IMG/VR virus record: IMGVR_UViG_3300043256_000464
Length of the DNA: 64,000 nucleotides
Source: an uncultured virus (IMG/VR IMGVR_UViG_3300043256_000464)
Lineage: Duplodnaviria; Heunggongvirae; Uroviricota; Caudoviricetes
Direction: 5' to 3' (one strand)
Positions 1-10,414 of the stretch are shown here, one piece after another. The position numbers were made by a program, and so were the translations under genes. Within the stretch, counting starts at the first letter, position 1, and the number at the start of each line of letters is the position of its first letter. Under the pieces are notes generated by a model. It saw nothing but the letters and a program-made list of their open reading frames with translations. It ran no database searches and had not been told where the DNA came from.

Positions 1-976
1 GCCCCTCCATAATTTTGGCAAAGTTTATGGATCGCGACTCCACAAATTTGGGTAATCGTTTTAATTGCGCTAGTCCTACTGCAGCTTGAAAATCAGTCGC
101 CTTCAAGTTATAGCCAATGTGAGAGTATATGTATTTATGGTCGTACCCTACGGGTAAGCCGGAAAACCGGTAATCGAATCTTTTGCCGCATGTGTCTTCG
201 GCACCCGGAGGACACCAGCAATCACGGCCCCAGTCACGAAAGCTTTCAACGATCCTCCGGAGAGCAGCCCTGTTGGTCAAAACCGCCCCTCCCTCACCGG
301 TCGTTATATGATGTGCAGGATAAAAAGACTGAGTAGCCATTGCGCCAAATCTACCAGTTGCTTGTCCGCGATAGGTACTTCCAAGTGCATCACAGTTGTC
401 TTCAATAACATAGATCCCGCGCTTTGCCAGTTCGTCCACCTTGTCTAAAATCGGGACTGGATTTCCAAGAGTGTGGGCTAGGAAGATGGCCCTGGTTTTC
501 TTGGTGATGGCCCTCTCGATCACCGCGACCGCGGGAACATAGGTTCTTGGAGAAACATCCACAAACACTGGCACCAACCCATTCTGAATTACTGGATTCA
601 ATGTAGTCGGAAAACCGGCTGCGGCCACAATCACTTCATCGCCAGGTTTCAATCTGTCGGCCTTTTTAAGTTTAGGGCTCGTCAATGCAGTAAGCGCTAG
701 AAGATTAGCCGAAGAACCCGAGTTGCAAAATGATGCAAAGCGAACTCCGACCGACTTGGCCAACGCCTTCTCAAATTCATCGGTCCAATGCCCTTCGGTA
801 AGCCATCCTTCTAGCGCAGCCTCCACCGCATTAGCAATTTCTGGGCCTCCGATCACCTTTCCGCTGATCGGAATGAAGGTCTCGCCCGGAACGAATTCGG
901 GTGTCCCAAACTGCCTATTGCCATATATCTTGGCAATGCCAATAAGCCTTTTTTTCAAGGCTCTTTGTAAAGACAC
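1..976 (-). CDS. rfbH: CDP-4-keto-6-deoxyglucose 3-dehydrase (DegT/DnrJ/EryC1/StrS fold), 3' end runs off the window
   Basis: Manual translation from GTG at 976 gives FVPGETFIPISGKV...WLTEG, FYPAHHITTGEGG (His in place of the PLP Lys, typical of RfbH/DdhC) and WGRDCWC...TCGKRF. Confidence 0.85.
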   Translation of the reverse strand, partial: MSLQRALKKRLIGIAKIYGNRQFGTPEFVPGETFIPISGKVIGGPEIANAVEAALEGWLTEGHWTDEFEKALAKSVGVRFASFCNSGSSANLLALTALTSPKLKKADRLKPGDEVIVAAAGFPTTLNPVIQNGLVPVFVDVSPRTYVPAVAVIERAITKKTRAIFLAHTLGNPVPILDKVDELAKRGIYVIEDNCDALGSTYRGQATGRFGAMATQSFYPAHHITTGEGGAVLTNRAALRRIVESFRDWGRDCWCPPGAEDTCGKRFDYRFSGLPVGYDHKYIYSHIGYNLKATDFQAAVGLAQLKRLPKFVESRSINFAKIMEG

Positions 977-983
977 TTTGGAT

Positions 984-1469
984 CTACGCGCCAACAGAAA
1001 CTACGCGACCGAAAAATTCATCGGAATGGATGAACTTAACATCCGCAGCTTTAGCAGCCTGTTCGTCTTCCGGTTTGTCGCCAACCACAACAACATCTTC
1101 CGGAAGAGCTCCAACAGCTTCCATCAATTTAAGGATCATGCCAGGCCACGGTTTGCGATCGTCAGAAGAAACGTTAAAAGGCTCAACTGTTCCTTCGGGG
1201 TGTTCAGGACAAAACATTCCCAGGCTAGCGCCTATCTTTCTTACTGCATCCTGTACGAGGGCGTCGGCCATTGCCATTGTTTGAGTTCCGAAGGCAACTC
1301 CGCCCTGGTTGCTAGCAATGAGAAAAACAACACTAGGCTCATTCTCTCTGAGTTCAGTTAGGGTTTCCTCAACGCCGGGGATTAGCTCCTGATCCTCAAC
1401 ATTGACAGCAAAGGGTTTGCCACTTTTGGATCGAGTTAAAGTTCCGTCTTTGTCGAAAATGTAATACAT
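984..1469 (-). CDS. HAD-IIIA phosphatase (GmhB/HisB-like)
   Basis: FDKDGTL, SNQGG, RKPxPGM and VGDK motifs. Confidence 0.85.
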   Translation of the reverse strand: MYYIFDKDGTLTRSKSGKPFAVNVEDQELIPGVEETLTELRENEPSVVFLIASNQGGVAFGTQTMAMADALVQDAVRKIGASLGMFCPEHPEGTVEPFNVSSDDRKPWPGMILKLMEAVGALPEDVVVVGDKPEDEQAAKAADVKFIHSDEFFGRVVSVGA

Positions 1470-1477
1470 ACTTCCTC

Positions 1478-2218
1478 CTAGTTTGCTTCACGCATTCGTT
1501 TGATACGAACAGATACATCTCGATCTTCCTCCCATGACCCTTCTGGATCTTGGAGCATTAACCTTTCGTGATGTTGATGATAGACCTCCAAGTTGATTGG
1601 ATTGGGAAAACTCTGTCGTTTAGCTTCCTGCGCTAGCATCCAACTATCGTCACCGCCAGGCGTTTCCGTTTTGGGCAAGAAGCCATAGCTGTCCCATTGT
1701 AGACGGTACTGGCCCGTAAATGAAAAATGATGACGCCAGTATTCGGCACGAATATTCATAAATCCCCACGGACCCATATCACCCCAAAATCCTCGAAGCC
1801 GCTGGAGATTCCCGATACTAGATTTCCAATCCACTACATCGATTCTGCTTTGGGCGCGAGGCGGTATTGCATATTGAACCGGAACACTGCGCCGCCCATT
1901 ATGCGCATTTATCATTTTGCTGATAGCGTTTTTTGGAACCATGATTTCGGGGTGAGTAAGAATAACAAAGTCGCCTTCACATTTTTTGTATGCTTCCCAC
2001 CATGCCATGTTTGGAGATCGTGCCTTGCTGCCAGAAGGTCGCAGGCGAAGATAATGAATATGTGGAAGTCGGCAGAAATCCTGTACGTCATCTTCCGATC
2101 CATCATCAACAATCCAGACATCGTAGCTCGAATAGTCCTGGCGCTCTAGAAGCCACAAAGAGCGCCGTAGAGCGTTTTTGCGATTGTAGTATGGGATCAG
2201 GACAGAAGCATGTGTCAT
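1478..2218 (-). CDS. Glycosyltransferase family 2
   Basis: SVLIPYYNR...IVDDGSED; late HQHH. Confidence 0.85.
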   Translation of the reverse strand: MTHASVLIPYYNRKNALRRSLWLLERQDYSSYDVWIVDDGSEDDVQDFCRLPHIHYLRLRPSGSKARSPNMAWWEAYKKCEGDFVILTHPEIMVPKNAISKMINAHNGRRSVPVQYAIPPRAQSRIDVVDWKSSIGNLQRLRGFWGDMGPWGFMNIRAEYWRHHFSFTGQYRLQWDSYGFLPKTETPGGDDSWMLAQEAKRQSFPNPINLEVYHQHHERLMLQDPEGSWEEDRDVSVRIKRMREAN

Positions 2219-2919
2219 GTTCCCCTCGGGTCCAATGGGCCGCCCTTCCGTTCAAGCAGAGCCATTCTCAGCAATTGAGGCCAGAATTGCTGGTATTCCT
2301 CAACAGAATCAATGTCATCTGTCCAATCATATGTCTGTATGAATTCAACCGAATCGGGTTGTTTTTCTGTAAGGGTGGAATGCAGAACCCAAAGTTTCCC
2401 GGATGAGCCGCTCCCTCTCCTGGTTAGAAATCGACAAGTGGACATTGCCTGTTCATAGACATCGCTTGCCATGGCAAAACCAAAAAGCTCGCTCGCGTTT
2501 TTTCCTGTAGATGGATTCGAGCCGATGCGTCCAAGAAATGTGAAAACGCCGGATGAGTCTAAGAGCTCCCCCAAAGAATCGTGTGAGAAAAGCACGTCAC
2601 CCAGCACAATGGTCGCGCGCTCGCCCAATAAAAAACCCTCACATTCTGCTATTCCGTTGAGAAGTTTCCCTGGCGAGTCCAGTGTATGCAATCTAACGCC
2701 GCTAGTGTAACCCTTGAATGATTTTGGTGCTACAACAGCAATATCGTCTGGATTGATTCCGAATTCCTTTATCAGCCTAAGCGTCCGACCAAGAAGCGTT
2801 TCGGTTCCTACTTGTAGAAGCTGCTTGTATTCCGGAACATTGCCATGCAGCACAATCCTGCGCGACATGCTTTCGTTCCATCTGCTTGCTTCGCCCTGGG
2901 CCATCACGAGAATCTTCAT
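2215..2919 (-). CDS. Sugar nucleotidyltransferase-like protein
   Basis: MKILVMAQGEASRW...KQLL..GTETLL, GDV, DDID; start placed at MKILV. Confidence 0.6.
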   Translation of the reverse strand: MKILVMAQGEASRWNESMSRRIVLHGNVPEYKQLLQVGTETLLGRTLRLIKEFGINPDDIAVVAPKSFKGYTSGVRLHTLDSPGKLLNGIAECEGFLLGERATIVLGDVLFSHDSLGELLDSSGVFTFLGRIGSNPSTGKNASELFGFAMASDVYEQAMSTCRFLTRRGSGSSGKLWVLHSTLTEKQPDSVEFIQTYDWTDDIDSVEEYQQFWPQLLRMALLERKGGPLDPRGT

Positions 2920-3383
2920 CCGGCCACCTCGAAAGAGCCCCAATCAAACGGAACGGGAAAGTCATTTGGATGGACACGCTCGATTTCATCTGGGTCATGA
3001 GGAAGTGTGGCACAATTTGCTAAGATGGCTTGGTCAAACTCTGAATTGATTGGTATTCTGAATCCATTCCATACTTGTGGCGGAATTGTCAGAAGATGAT
3101 AATCTTGCACTGCGTCCATAAGATAGATCTCTTGCTGATTAAACGTTAAACTCTCAGCCCGCAAATCAATTAGACCAACAATGATCTGGCCGAATACGCA
3201 TGCATAGTTCAAGGTCATCTTTTTGTGGATATGCCAAGCTTTGACAACTTCGGCCCGTATCGTTGAAAAATAGATCTCACCAAACTCTTCAAAATGATCA
3301 TCTGTGCGCTTGAGCATATGCATGACGCTGCCGCGTTCGTCTGGAAAGACCTTTAATGGCCTGAAGCTAACGCCCTCGATCAT
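2916..3383 (-). CDS. dTDP-4-dehydrorhamnose 3,5-epimerase-like cupin
   Basis: DERG, KAWHIH, LTIPPQVWNGF (RmlC-like). Confidence 0.85.
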   Translation of the reverse strand: MIEGVSFRPLKVFPDERGSVMHMLKRTDDHFEEFGEIYFSTIRAEVVKAWHIHKKMTLNYACVFGQIIVGLIDLRAESLTFNQQEIYLMDAVQDYHLLTIPPQVWNGFRIPINSEFDQAILANCATLPHDPDEIERVHPNDFPVPFDWGSFEVAG

Positions 3384-4399
3384 TTATCGATTCTCCACTT
3401 GACCCATTTGATTGTCTTTTTGAGTCCATCCGGGAAGTTGGTTCTCGGATGCCAACCCAAATGACTGGTGATAAGCCACGAGTTGAGCGTGAGTTCTTTT
3501 TCCTCTTCTTGAGCTCCGCCAAGTATTGAAAGGTCTGGCTCAATTCCCATTACAAGCCCAATGGCTTTAACTACCTCCAGAACATTCAAGACAGCAAACG
3601 GATCTGATACTGGCCACGCAACTCCCGAATCAAATCCATCTTTTAGATTCTGGGCTATTAGCAAATAAGCCTCAATAATGTCGTCAATGTAATTGAATTC
3701 GCGCCTATAGGTTCCGTCACTCCGGATGATTATCTTCTCACCCAGCAACATGGATCGGATTGTGCCTGGAACAATCCTCTGCCAATTCGAATCGTTGGGG
3801 CCATAGATGTTTCCGCATCGAACCACTGCGACTTTTTGTTCGTAGATTTCCGCGTAGGATCGAGCAATGAAATCAGCAGAGGCCTTGGAAACGTCATACG
3901 GATGAATTGGATTGAGAGGAGTCGATTCGTCGGCAGGTAAAGTCTCGATTCTCCCATACGCTTTATCACTAGATGCGACGACAACAGGAATTTTAGGGCC
4001 AGCTTGTTTCCTGACAGCTTCAAGTATATTGGCCGTTCCCATGATATTGGTTTCATAAGCCTGGAGCGGCATCCTGGTTGCATCGACCACTTGAGTTATC
4101 GCAGCAAGATGGAAAACCACATCTGGCTTGAATTCGGCCAAGGCACGTTCGACGGCTTTGTAGTCCCGAATGTCCTCCCAGATAGCGTCATCGATATAAG
4201 AAACTGCACGACCGAAGTGAAGACATGATCGATATTGATAGTCAATTCCATACACCCGTGCGCCCATATCATGCAAAATCTCGGCCATGCGACTGCCAAG
4301 AAAACCGGATATGCCTGTTATGAAAACGTTCAATCCCTTCCAGGGCCCAGCATTAAAACCCCGAGGAAGTTCCTTGCTTATTTTTCCCATCTTTTCCAT
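3380..4399 (-). CDS. rfbG: CDP-glucose 4,6-dehydratase-like SDR
   Basis: ITGISGFLGS, SSDKAY, YDVSKA, RCGNIYGP; adjacent to the rfbF-like gene. Confidence 0.75.
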   Translation of the reverse strand: MEKMGKISKELPRGFNAGPWKGLNVFITGISGFLGSRMAEILHDMGARVYGIDYQYRSCLHFGRAVSYIDDAIWEDIRDYKAVERALAEFKPDVVFHLAAITQVVDATRMPLQAYETNIMGTANILEAVRKQAGPKIPVVVASSDKAYGRIETLPADESTPLNPIHPYDVSKASADFIARSYAEIYEQKVAVVRCGNIYGPNDSNWQRIVPGTIRSMLLGEKIIIRSDGTYRREFNYIDDIIEAYLLIAQNLKDGFDSGVAWPVSDPFAVLNVLEVVKAIGLVMGIEPDLSILGGAQEEEKELTLNSWLITSHLGWHPRTNFPDGLKKTIKWVKWRIDK

Positions 4400-5229
4400 G
4401 GTGGAACCCCACTATCCCAAATCATTTGAAGTTGATGCATGTCTCGCCAGTTGTCTACCATTTGAAAATATCCGGGGTGCTGAAACGCACCGAGTCTGTG
4501 CTGAACGGCCAGAACGGGAAGGATATCATATTCGAAACTGCACTGGTCGCCAGGAATAATGTGGAGTATTCCCGGATCAACTACATAAAATCCGGCATTG
4601 ACCCAAGAGCCAGCCACTTGACCTTTTTCACCAAACTTCACCGCGTATCCACCTTCGATTTCCATGTTCCCAAATCTGGCTGGGGGGTTAGCAGCGCTCA
4701 GTGTCACTGCAGGGTTTTCAATCCGCACGGCAAGCTTTTGATGGAACTCAATGAGCGCGGCCAAGTTCACATCCGCAACTCCGTCACCATAAGTAAGCAT
4801 GAAGAAAGGATCGTCAGCCAAGTATTCTCTTAAACGTAGCAACCTTCCTCCGGTTTGGGTATCGACACCGGTATCGATCACCTTTACATCATCGGCCCAC
4901 TCTCCGAGGTCGGGATGGTTTTCAACCCATTCCTCGATGACTCCGCCAAGAAATCCAGCGGCAATGATGAACTCTCTGAATCCTTGTGAGGAATAGATCC
5001 GAATAATATGCTCCAGGAGCGGGATGCCTCCGACTTCTATCATGGGCTTGGGAATCAAACCCTTGGTCACATCCTGAAGGCGCGTCCCGCGCCCCCCAGC
5101 CCAAATCACCGTCTTGATCGGTTTGGGGCTTTCTGCAATTACCAGCTCCTCTTCGGGCAAATTGACCATCCTTACATTGCCCTCTGCATATCCAACCGAC
5201 ACTGGTCCTGTACTCGGATCTTTAGCCAT
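4378..5229 (-). CDS. rfbF: Glucose-1-phosphate cytidylyltransferase
   Basis: AGGRGTRL, PKPMIEVGG, TQTGGRL, LTYGDGVADV, PPWK. Confidence 0.85.
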   Translation of the reverse strand: MAKDPSTGPVSVGYAEGNVRMVNLPEEELVIAESPKPIKTVIWAGGRGTRLQDVTKGLIPKPMIEVGGIPLLEHIIRIYSSQGFREFIIAAGFLGGVIEEWVENHPDLGEWADDVKVIDTGVDTQTGGRLLRLREYLADDPFFMLTYGDGVADVNLAALIEFHQKLAVRIENPAVTLSAANPPARFGNMEIEGGYAVKFGEKGQVAGSWVNAGFYVVDPGILHIIPGDQCSFEYDILPVLAVQHRLGAFQHPGYFQMVDNWRDMHQLQMIWDSGVPPWKRWEK

Positions 5230-5248
5230 GATGCTTCTCCCTATTGTG

Positions 5249-5815
5249 CTACCCTCTCCAAATTTCTATGCGAATCAACTTTGGTCTGAACGATGGCCTG
5301 TATTTCATAAAATTTCGTTCTTCCATTAGATTATCCGCGTATTCCGGCTCTATTTCAGCGCCCTCATAAACCCCATAATCATGAACTCCGATCAAATCGC
5401 CAGCCCGCGCACATTCAGAATACAGATTCAACTCAAGGGTTTTGTCTCCCCCATCGCAGTAGATGAATACAGGACTCTTTCTCTGCATCCATTTTGCACA
5501 ATGCACAAGCGCCTCGGCTTGCCAGGCATCACCGAACCAAAACGAGGCATTTGGATTTGAAGCAATCCTATGTTGAAGACTGCTGTCTACGACGCCGCTA
5601 TTGATTTCAAGCCCAAGATAATTTTCCACTTTCGGTATCAGGACATCGGCCAATCCGCCAACGTGAACTCCTACCTCAATAAAGCCCCGCGGTTTTTCGC
5701 TCTCAATTACATCCATCAAATAGGCGACTTCTGCGTTAGTGTGTCCGATGTGTAGCCTGTTCGGACTTACCGCAAATTCATCGTCGCGTATTCTGCTTAT
5801 TGAAGGCTCGCTCAT
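5249..5815 (-). CDS. Class I SAM methyltransferase-like (Methyltransf_24/CmcI-like), paralog 1
   Basis: FIEVGVHVGG...YCDGGDK...VHDY. Confidence 0.6.
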   Translation of the reverse strand: MSEPSISRIRDDEFAVSPNRLHIGHTNAEVAYLMDVIESEKPRGFIEVGVHVGGLADVLIPKVENYLGLEINSGVVDSSLQHRIASNPNASFWFGDAWQAEALVHCAKWMQRKSPVFIYCDGGDKTLELNLYSECARAGDLIGVHDYGVYEGAEIEPEYADNLMEERNFMKYRPSFRPKLIRIEIWRG

Positions 5816-7110
5816 GGCTTCATCGCCTTTGATTTTTCGCTTTCGCTGAAGGTTGTAAGACCCTCGCGCTGTAATTCATCCTCTAGCTCTGTCCAGAATT
5901 CGTCAATTTCCTCTACGCTCAATTCGGAGGTACTAACAAAGCTCCGGCCTGCCCCCCGTCGTCCACGAAAAAACCAATCCTCGTCAGGCCGAGTTTCGAA
6001 GGTTAGATCGTATTTCTCTGGATGATCCGTTAGCGGAGTACCAGGAAAGGGAATCAGCCTATCCACCTGCACACGCTGAGGCCTATGTTTTAAAATCCAT
6101 CTGCGAGTTTCCTCCATGCTCTCGCGTGTCTCGCCCGGTAGACCAAGGATGAAACTCATCTTGCAGGTGACACCAAGCTCCTTGCACCATCTGAGCACTT
6201 TGGTGTCCTGTTCAATCGTTGTGCCCTTAGTGATATTCTTTTTGATCCGGTTGTCTGCACTTTCGACGCCAACAAAAACCTCAATCAGACCGCCATCGAC
6301 CATGGCCTTGAGATAGTCTCGGCCTCCGTGATTGCAAAGAATATCGCTGCGCAGGAAGCATCGAAACACAACGCCATACTTTTTGTGAAGATCGAGCAGC
6401 TCGTGTGTACGTCGTCTGTGCATGATAAAAACATCATCGTAATAGCCCAATCCATCAAACCCCATTTCAACACATTCCCGAATTTGTGCCTCCACAATGG
6501 GCATTGGTTCAAATCGCGTTAAACGATCCCATATAACTCCACCACGGCCAGATTCACAAAACGCACAATTAAGCGCGCAACCGCGACTGGTGAAAAGGGA
6601 TGCCATTCTTCGGAGTTTTCCTTGGCGATCCGGCATGTGTGATTTATAGCGCAGCGTCCATCTTCGAACGGGGGGCAGAACCCAATCCAGAGTGCGAGAG
6701 ATTGACGGCATTAAATGCAACTCGCCCCGACCGCGTTTGGCCTCGGACACAATCTGCCGAATTGTATCGGGATGGTCGGCCTCTCCACCTACTACAATGT
6801 CATATCCCAAACCCAAGCAGGATTCGGGGTTTGCCCAAGGCGCGGCACCTCCAAGCACAAGTGCGGTTCTGCTCCATCCGGCAGTTTCATGTGCCACGCG
6901 TTTCACTTCGGCCAGTTGCGGAGAGGTTGCCGTCAGCCACAATTGGTCATGTTCGCCATCCCTCGGGATGTCTTCGTCCTCAAGATCGTAGTATGCCAAT
7001 TCGTGACCTTGTTTTTCTAGTTGCGCGGCTAGATATAGCGGGCCAAGGTACGGCCATGTTTTAGGATCGCTTAAAAAAGTAGATCGGGGAACCACTAGCG
7101 CGATATTCAT
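5812..7110 (-). CDS. B12-binding radical SAM enzyme
   Basis: LGPLYLAAQL N-terminal domain, SRGCALNCAFC, GVES, GLPGET; start placed at MNIALVVP. Confidence 0.85.
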   Translation of the reverse strand: MNIALVVPRSTFLSDPKTWPYLGPLYLAAQLEKQGHELAYYDLEDEDIPRDGEHDQLWLTATSPQLAEVKRVAHETAGWSRTALVLGGAAPWANPESCLGLGYDIVVGGEADHPDTIRQIVSEAKRGRGELHLMPSISRTLDWVLPPVRRWTLRYKSHMPDRQGKLRRMASLFTSRGCALNCAFCESGRGGVIWDRLTRFEPMPIVEAQIRECVEMGFDGLGYYDDVFIMHRRRTHELLDLHKKYGVVFRCFLRSDILCNHGGRDYLKAMVDGGLIEVFVGVESADNRIKKNITKGTTIEQDTKVLRWCKELGVTCKMSFILGLPGETRESMEETRRWILKHRPQRVQVDRLIPFPGTPLTDHPEKYDLTFETRPDEDWFFRGRRGAGRSFVSTSELSVEEIDEFWTELEDELQREGLTTFSESEKSKAMKP

Positions 7111-7145
7111 TATTCTCTGCAAAACTCGCCTGTCGTGTTCATAAT

Positions 7146-7970
7146 CTAAGGAGTGTTCGCCACTGGCTTCCATGACGCTCCCCTTGGACAACTCATACAG
7201 TAGGGAAGGTCGGTTCGTCCTCCAGCTACAGCTAGAATATTGCCAATCTTCCTGTGCTTACCAAACCAATGTTCCCCGATTCCAATCTCTGGGAATGTTC
7301 CAAGATCAAAGTTGCCAACAACATCGTCGCAGCACAGGAGATATTGCCGCCGATGATTAATGATCACCCTTACCCTTGGCTGAGCACAACTCATTCCACG
7401 CGCGATGCTTATTAGCGATTGAAGATCATAGGCCGGGGTAAAGTGCGTTGGTGTGTGATGTGGCTCTGTAACTAAATCTAGCCTAGTCTTTGTAAAAAGA
7501 CTCTGCATCCAATTGGCCCTCTCGCTTTTGATGGGATCTTTCATGTAAAGCGTGATTATGATTCGATCTAAGATTCCATCAAGTTCGGATGCCAATTCTT
7601 CTGTCAGATAATCTCCGTTGGAATTAAGGAAAACTCTACCAAGTTCACTATACGCCCTAACCTTGCGTGCTATTTCGGGCAATCGGTCATCCATCATGGG
7701 TTCGTTGTAATGAGATAGACACACGCCACCTCGAAAACCGAGCGCAAGTGCCTGGTCAACGGCATTATAGATCAAATCTTCGGATAGCAGATTTTTCTCA
7801 AACCATGGGCTGATTTCCTCGCGGTCGGGATGTGAGTTTCGAATGCAAGTCCGGCAAGTTCGATTGCACGATGAAATGGTTTCGAAATCCAAGAAGTCGA
7901 ACAAACCATTCTGAAGATGACGAAACTCACTCACGCGCCCACCCCGGCAACGATTCGACTGGCCCAGCAT
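7146..7970 (-). CDS. Radical SAM/SPASM protein
   Basis: CNRTCRTC, NEP, LCCDD, C-terminal CxxC. Confidence 0.8.
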   Translation of the reverse strand: MLGQSNRCRGGRVSEFRHLQNGLFDFLDFETISSCNRTCRTCIRNSHPDREEISPWFEKNLLSEDLIYNAVDQALALGFRGGVCLSHYNEPMMDDRLPEIARKVRAYSELGRVFLNSNGDYLTEELASELDGILDRIIITLYMKDPIKSERANWMQSLFTKTRLDLVTEPHHTPTHFTPAYDLQSLISIARGMSCAQPRVRVIINHRRQYLLCCDDVVGNFDLGTFPEIGIGEHWFGKHRKIGNILAVAGGRTDLPYCMSCPRGASWKPVANTP

Positions 7971-8652
7971 AATTCAGTGGATGTGATTGGTTTGGTATCA
8001 AGCCTGATTCCCTATAGACCCTTATTTTTTCTAATGTTCTTTCTTGGTCATCCCAGGTATGGTGTACCAAACAATAGGGTGGCATCAAATCAAAAACGCT
8101 TGTGGAATCGTGAAGGTCGCCCGCTATTTCATCTCCGATCATCAAAGTGTATGCTGGAGGCTTGTCAAATGTCCACAAATTAGTATGGGGTCGCCACGCC
8201 CAAAGCGAGGTCATGTAGTTGAATTTTTCGACAGGTTTGAGCTTTGTCATATTTGGAAAATGCTGATCTTGACCCCACAGATAAACCCTGACAACCATGA
8301 CAACGTTCTGTTCTACCTGCGCGAGAATTTCCCTGGTGTGTCTTCGGAGCAAGTAATTCGGACGACTGTCGCAATCGTCGTGAATTATCCAATCCGCTTC
8401 GTATTCTTTGGCCCACGAAATCAAAAAGTTGACGTGATCGCTGTCATTGTTTCGCCAGTGTCCACGTGCCAGAGGAGTGCGTTCTGGAAAATTTCTAATC
8501 TCGACATTCGCGAAAGATGAGGCAATCTTAATTGTGTTATCTTCGCTTCCGCCATCTGCCACAAGAATTTTGTCGGCAATCTCTTGATAGGCTTCACAAA
8601 AAGGCCCAATGTTGCGCTCCTCATCCCTGGTTCGAACCATGGCGATTATCAC
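7927..8652 (-). CDS. Glycosyltransferase family 2
   Basis: DEERNI, ADGGSEDNT, DDCD. Confidence 0.8.
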   Translation of the reverse strand: MIIAMVRTRDEERNIGPFCEAYQEIADKILVADGGSEDNTIKIASSFANVEIRNFPERTPLARGHWRNNDSDHVNFLISWAKEYEADWIIHDDCDSRPNYLLRRHTREILAQVEQNVVMVVRVYLWGQDQHFPNMTKLKPVEKFNYMTSLWAWRPHTNLWTFDKPPAYTLMIGDEIAGDLHDSTSVFDLMPPYCLVHHTWDDQERTLEKIRVYRESGLIPNQSHPLNYAGPVESLPGWARE

Positions 8653-9671
8653 TGAGGTCTCTCCGGGCCACCGGATAGCTTTTCGTAGGCTGCATCATCT
8701 AGGTATTCGTAATCCATCTTGATATTCCAAATTTCTTTTCCTCCAGTTGCTATAATCTCGGGCGGTGTCAAAAACTCAGAACCATTTTCTCGCCAACCTC
8801 GGTACTCCTCCGCTGTAGGAAAGCGTTCTCTCTGTGTCATCCATGCCATTCTGCGCATAATAGCTTCAAACCGCCAGTCCGTTACCATGTTGGCAGGATA
8901 ACCTAGCTTTACGCAACCTTCCTGAACATTCTTATGCCATTCGCCCAAGTCGAAGTTTTGCATGCCATCCAATAACTCTGAGGGCAATTGCTTCCCCGCC
9001 CAGCTTGTAGAAAATACGCCACTAATAAACTTCCACTCCCCTTTCTGGATCAGAACATTGTCAATCACAAAACCCTGTCGCCATCCATACTCGGGATAAT
9101 TGTTTTGCTCTCCCCGGCTCCAGTATTCATGGAACCAGGCCATGCCGTTATCGATAGCATAAAATCGCGAACCCATGTCAGTACACCAATTGCGCGCGCT
9201 TCTATCTTGATTGCCGGTCAAGATATCCAGAAGCGCGATCCGAGCCGCGTCCGGATGGGTGTCTATTACTTCCTTTGCAACCTCGTCAGCTTTTCTTAGG
9301 CTTCCGAGCTGACTCAGTAGCGCACCTCTCCATTCATCGCCGGGAACACCGGGCGAAAAACCTCGCATCACCCAGCACATTCGTTGCCATCCCTCTACGT
9401 TTTCTAGGCCAAAGCGATCTTCATGCCAGGGATACTGACCATCCTTCCACATACCCACGCCCACGGGATTACTAACTGGTTGCCCTCCAAGCCCTTCATC
9501 CAATAGCCAGAATGCGGCCTCGGTGAGCGCCTTTCGTCGTTGATGAACCTTGGGGCGAGAGATCACCATGACCTTCAAAATTAAGTCTCCGGTAGTGCTT
9601 CTCCAACGGGCGACTTCGTTGGCCCCTCCTGTGCCATCATCGTAGACTGTGATTAGTTCCATTTTGCCCAC
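8649..9671 (-). CDS. PI3/PI4-kinase/HipA-like kinase-fold protein
   Basis: LDILTGNQDRSARNW...AIDNG catalytic-loop-like motifs. Confidence 0.6.
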   Translation of the reverse strand: MGKMELITVYDDGTGGANEVARWRSTTGDLILKVMVISRPKVHQRRKALTEAAFWLLDEGLGGQPVSNPVGVGMWKDGQYPWHEDRFGLENVEGWQRMCWVMRGFSPGVPGDEWRGALLSQLGSLRKADEVAKEVIDTHPDAARIALLDILTGNQDRSARNWCTDMGSRFYAIDNGMAWFHEYWSRGEQNNYPEYGWRQGFVIDNVLIQKGEWKFISGVFSTSWAGKQLPSELLDGMQNFDLGEWHKNVQEGCVKLGYPANMVTDWRFEAIMRRMAWMTQRERFPTAEEYRGWRENGSEFLTPPEIIATGGKEIWNIKMDYEYLDDAAYEKLSGGPERPQ

Positions 9672-10414
9672 TCCTGCAATGGCTCAGACCGACCCGCATT
9701 CAATGGTATAGCAGTCCCATATGACGGCAGAGCTCCGGATGCTCTGTAGCGTTTTGTTTTGGATATCATAGTTTCATAGTCTGGCCAACCATAATGTAGC
9801 AGAGCAAACGGGTTATCCAGAGTATGCCAAAGCCCGGTATCTGGATGGGGGAAATTTGGTCGCGGGATTCCGCGATGAGTCGTAGTTCTGTAGTGACCAT
9901 CTATTTTGTCAGGTCTGTGTGCCCACCCAAAGTAACCCTCCAAACTCAGTGAAGGATAGTATCTATTGCTACCCACGATGTAGATTCGACCAAGACCAAT
10001 CACATCGTCCTCTGTCATTTCCATTTCGGATCGAGCGGCCTCTTGTAGCGCCAATGTAGGAATGCTGTCGCATTCGTCAGTAATTATCCAATCGGGATTG
10101 TGCTCCATCGCCGCTTCATAAGCAAAATTATGATGTTTCCCCAAGGGAGTCCACGCATGGTCATCAAAGTGCATCAGCCCCCTGAAATGAACGATATGGA
10201 CTTTGGCAAAACCCTTAGCCAATTCCACGGTTCTATCAATGCTTCCGCCATCGCAGATCACAATACTATCAGCAAATCTACTATAGACTTGGCAGTAACG
10301 TTCAATGTTTCGTTCTTCGTTGAGAGTACAACACATGACTACAATATTCGTGTTTCTCTGATCAACACGCTTGATCGCACGATCAACAAATTTGATCAAT
10401 GGCATCAAGTCCAT
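9653..10414 (-). CDS. Glycosyltransferase family 2 (paralog of 7927-8652)
   Basis: NEERNI, CDGGSIDRT, DECD, LHYGW. Confidence 0.8.
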   Translation of the reverse strand: MDLMPLIKFVDRAIKRVDQRNTNIVVMCCTLNEERNIERYCQVYSRFADSIVICDGGSIDRTVELAKGFAKVHIVHFRGLMHFDDHAWTPLGKHHNFAYEAAMEHNPDWIITDECDSIPTLALQEAARSEMEMTEDDVIGLGRIYIVGSNRYYPSLSLEGYFGWAHRPDKIDGHYRTTTHRGIPRPNFPHPDTGLWHTLDNPFALLHYGWPDYETMISKTKRYRASGALPSYGTAIPLNAGRSEPLQEWAKWN

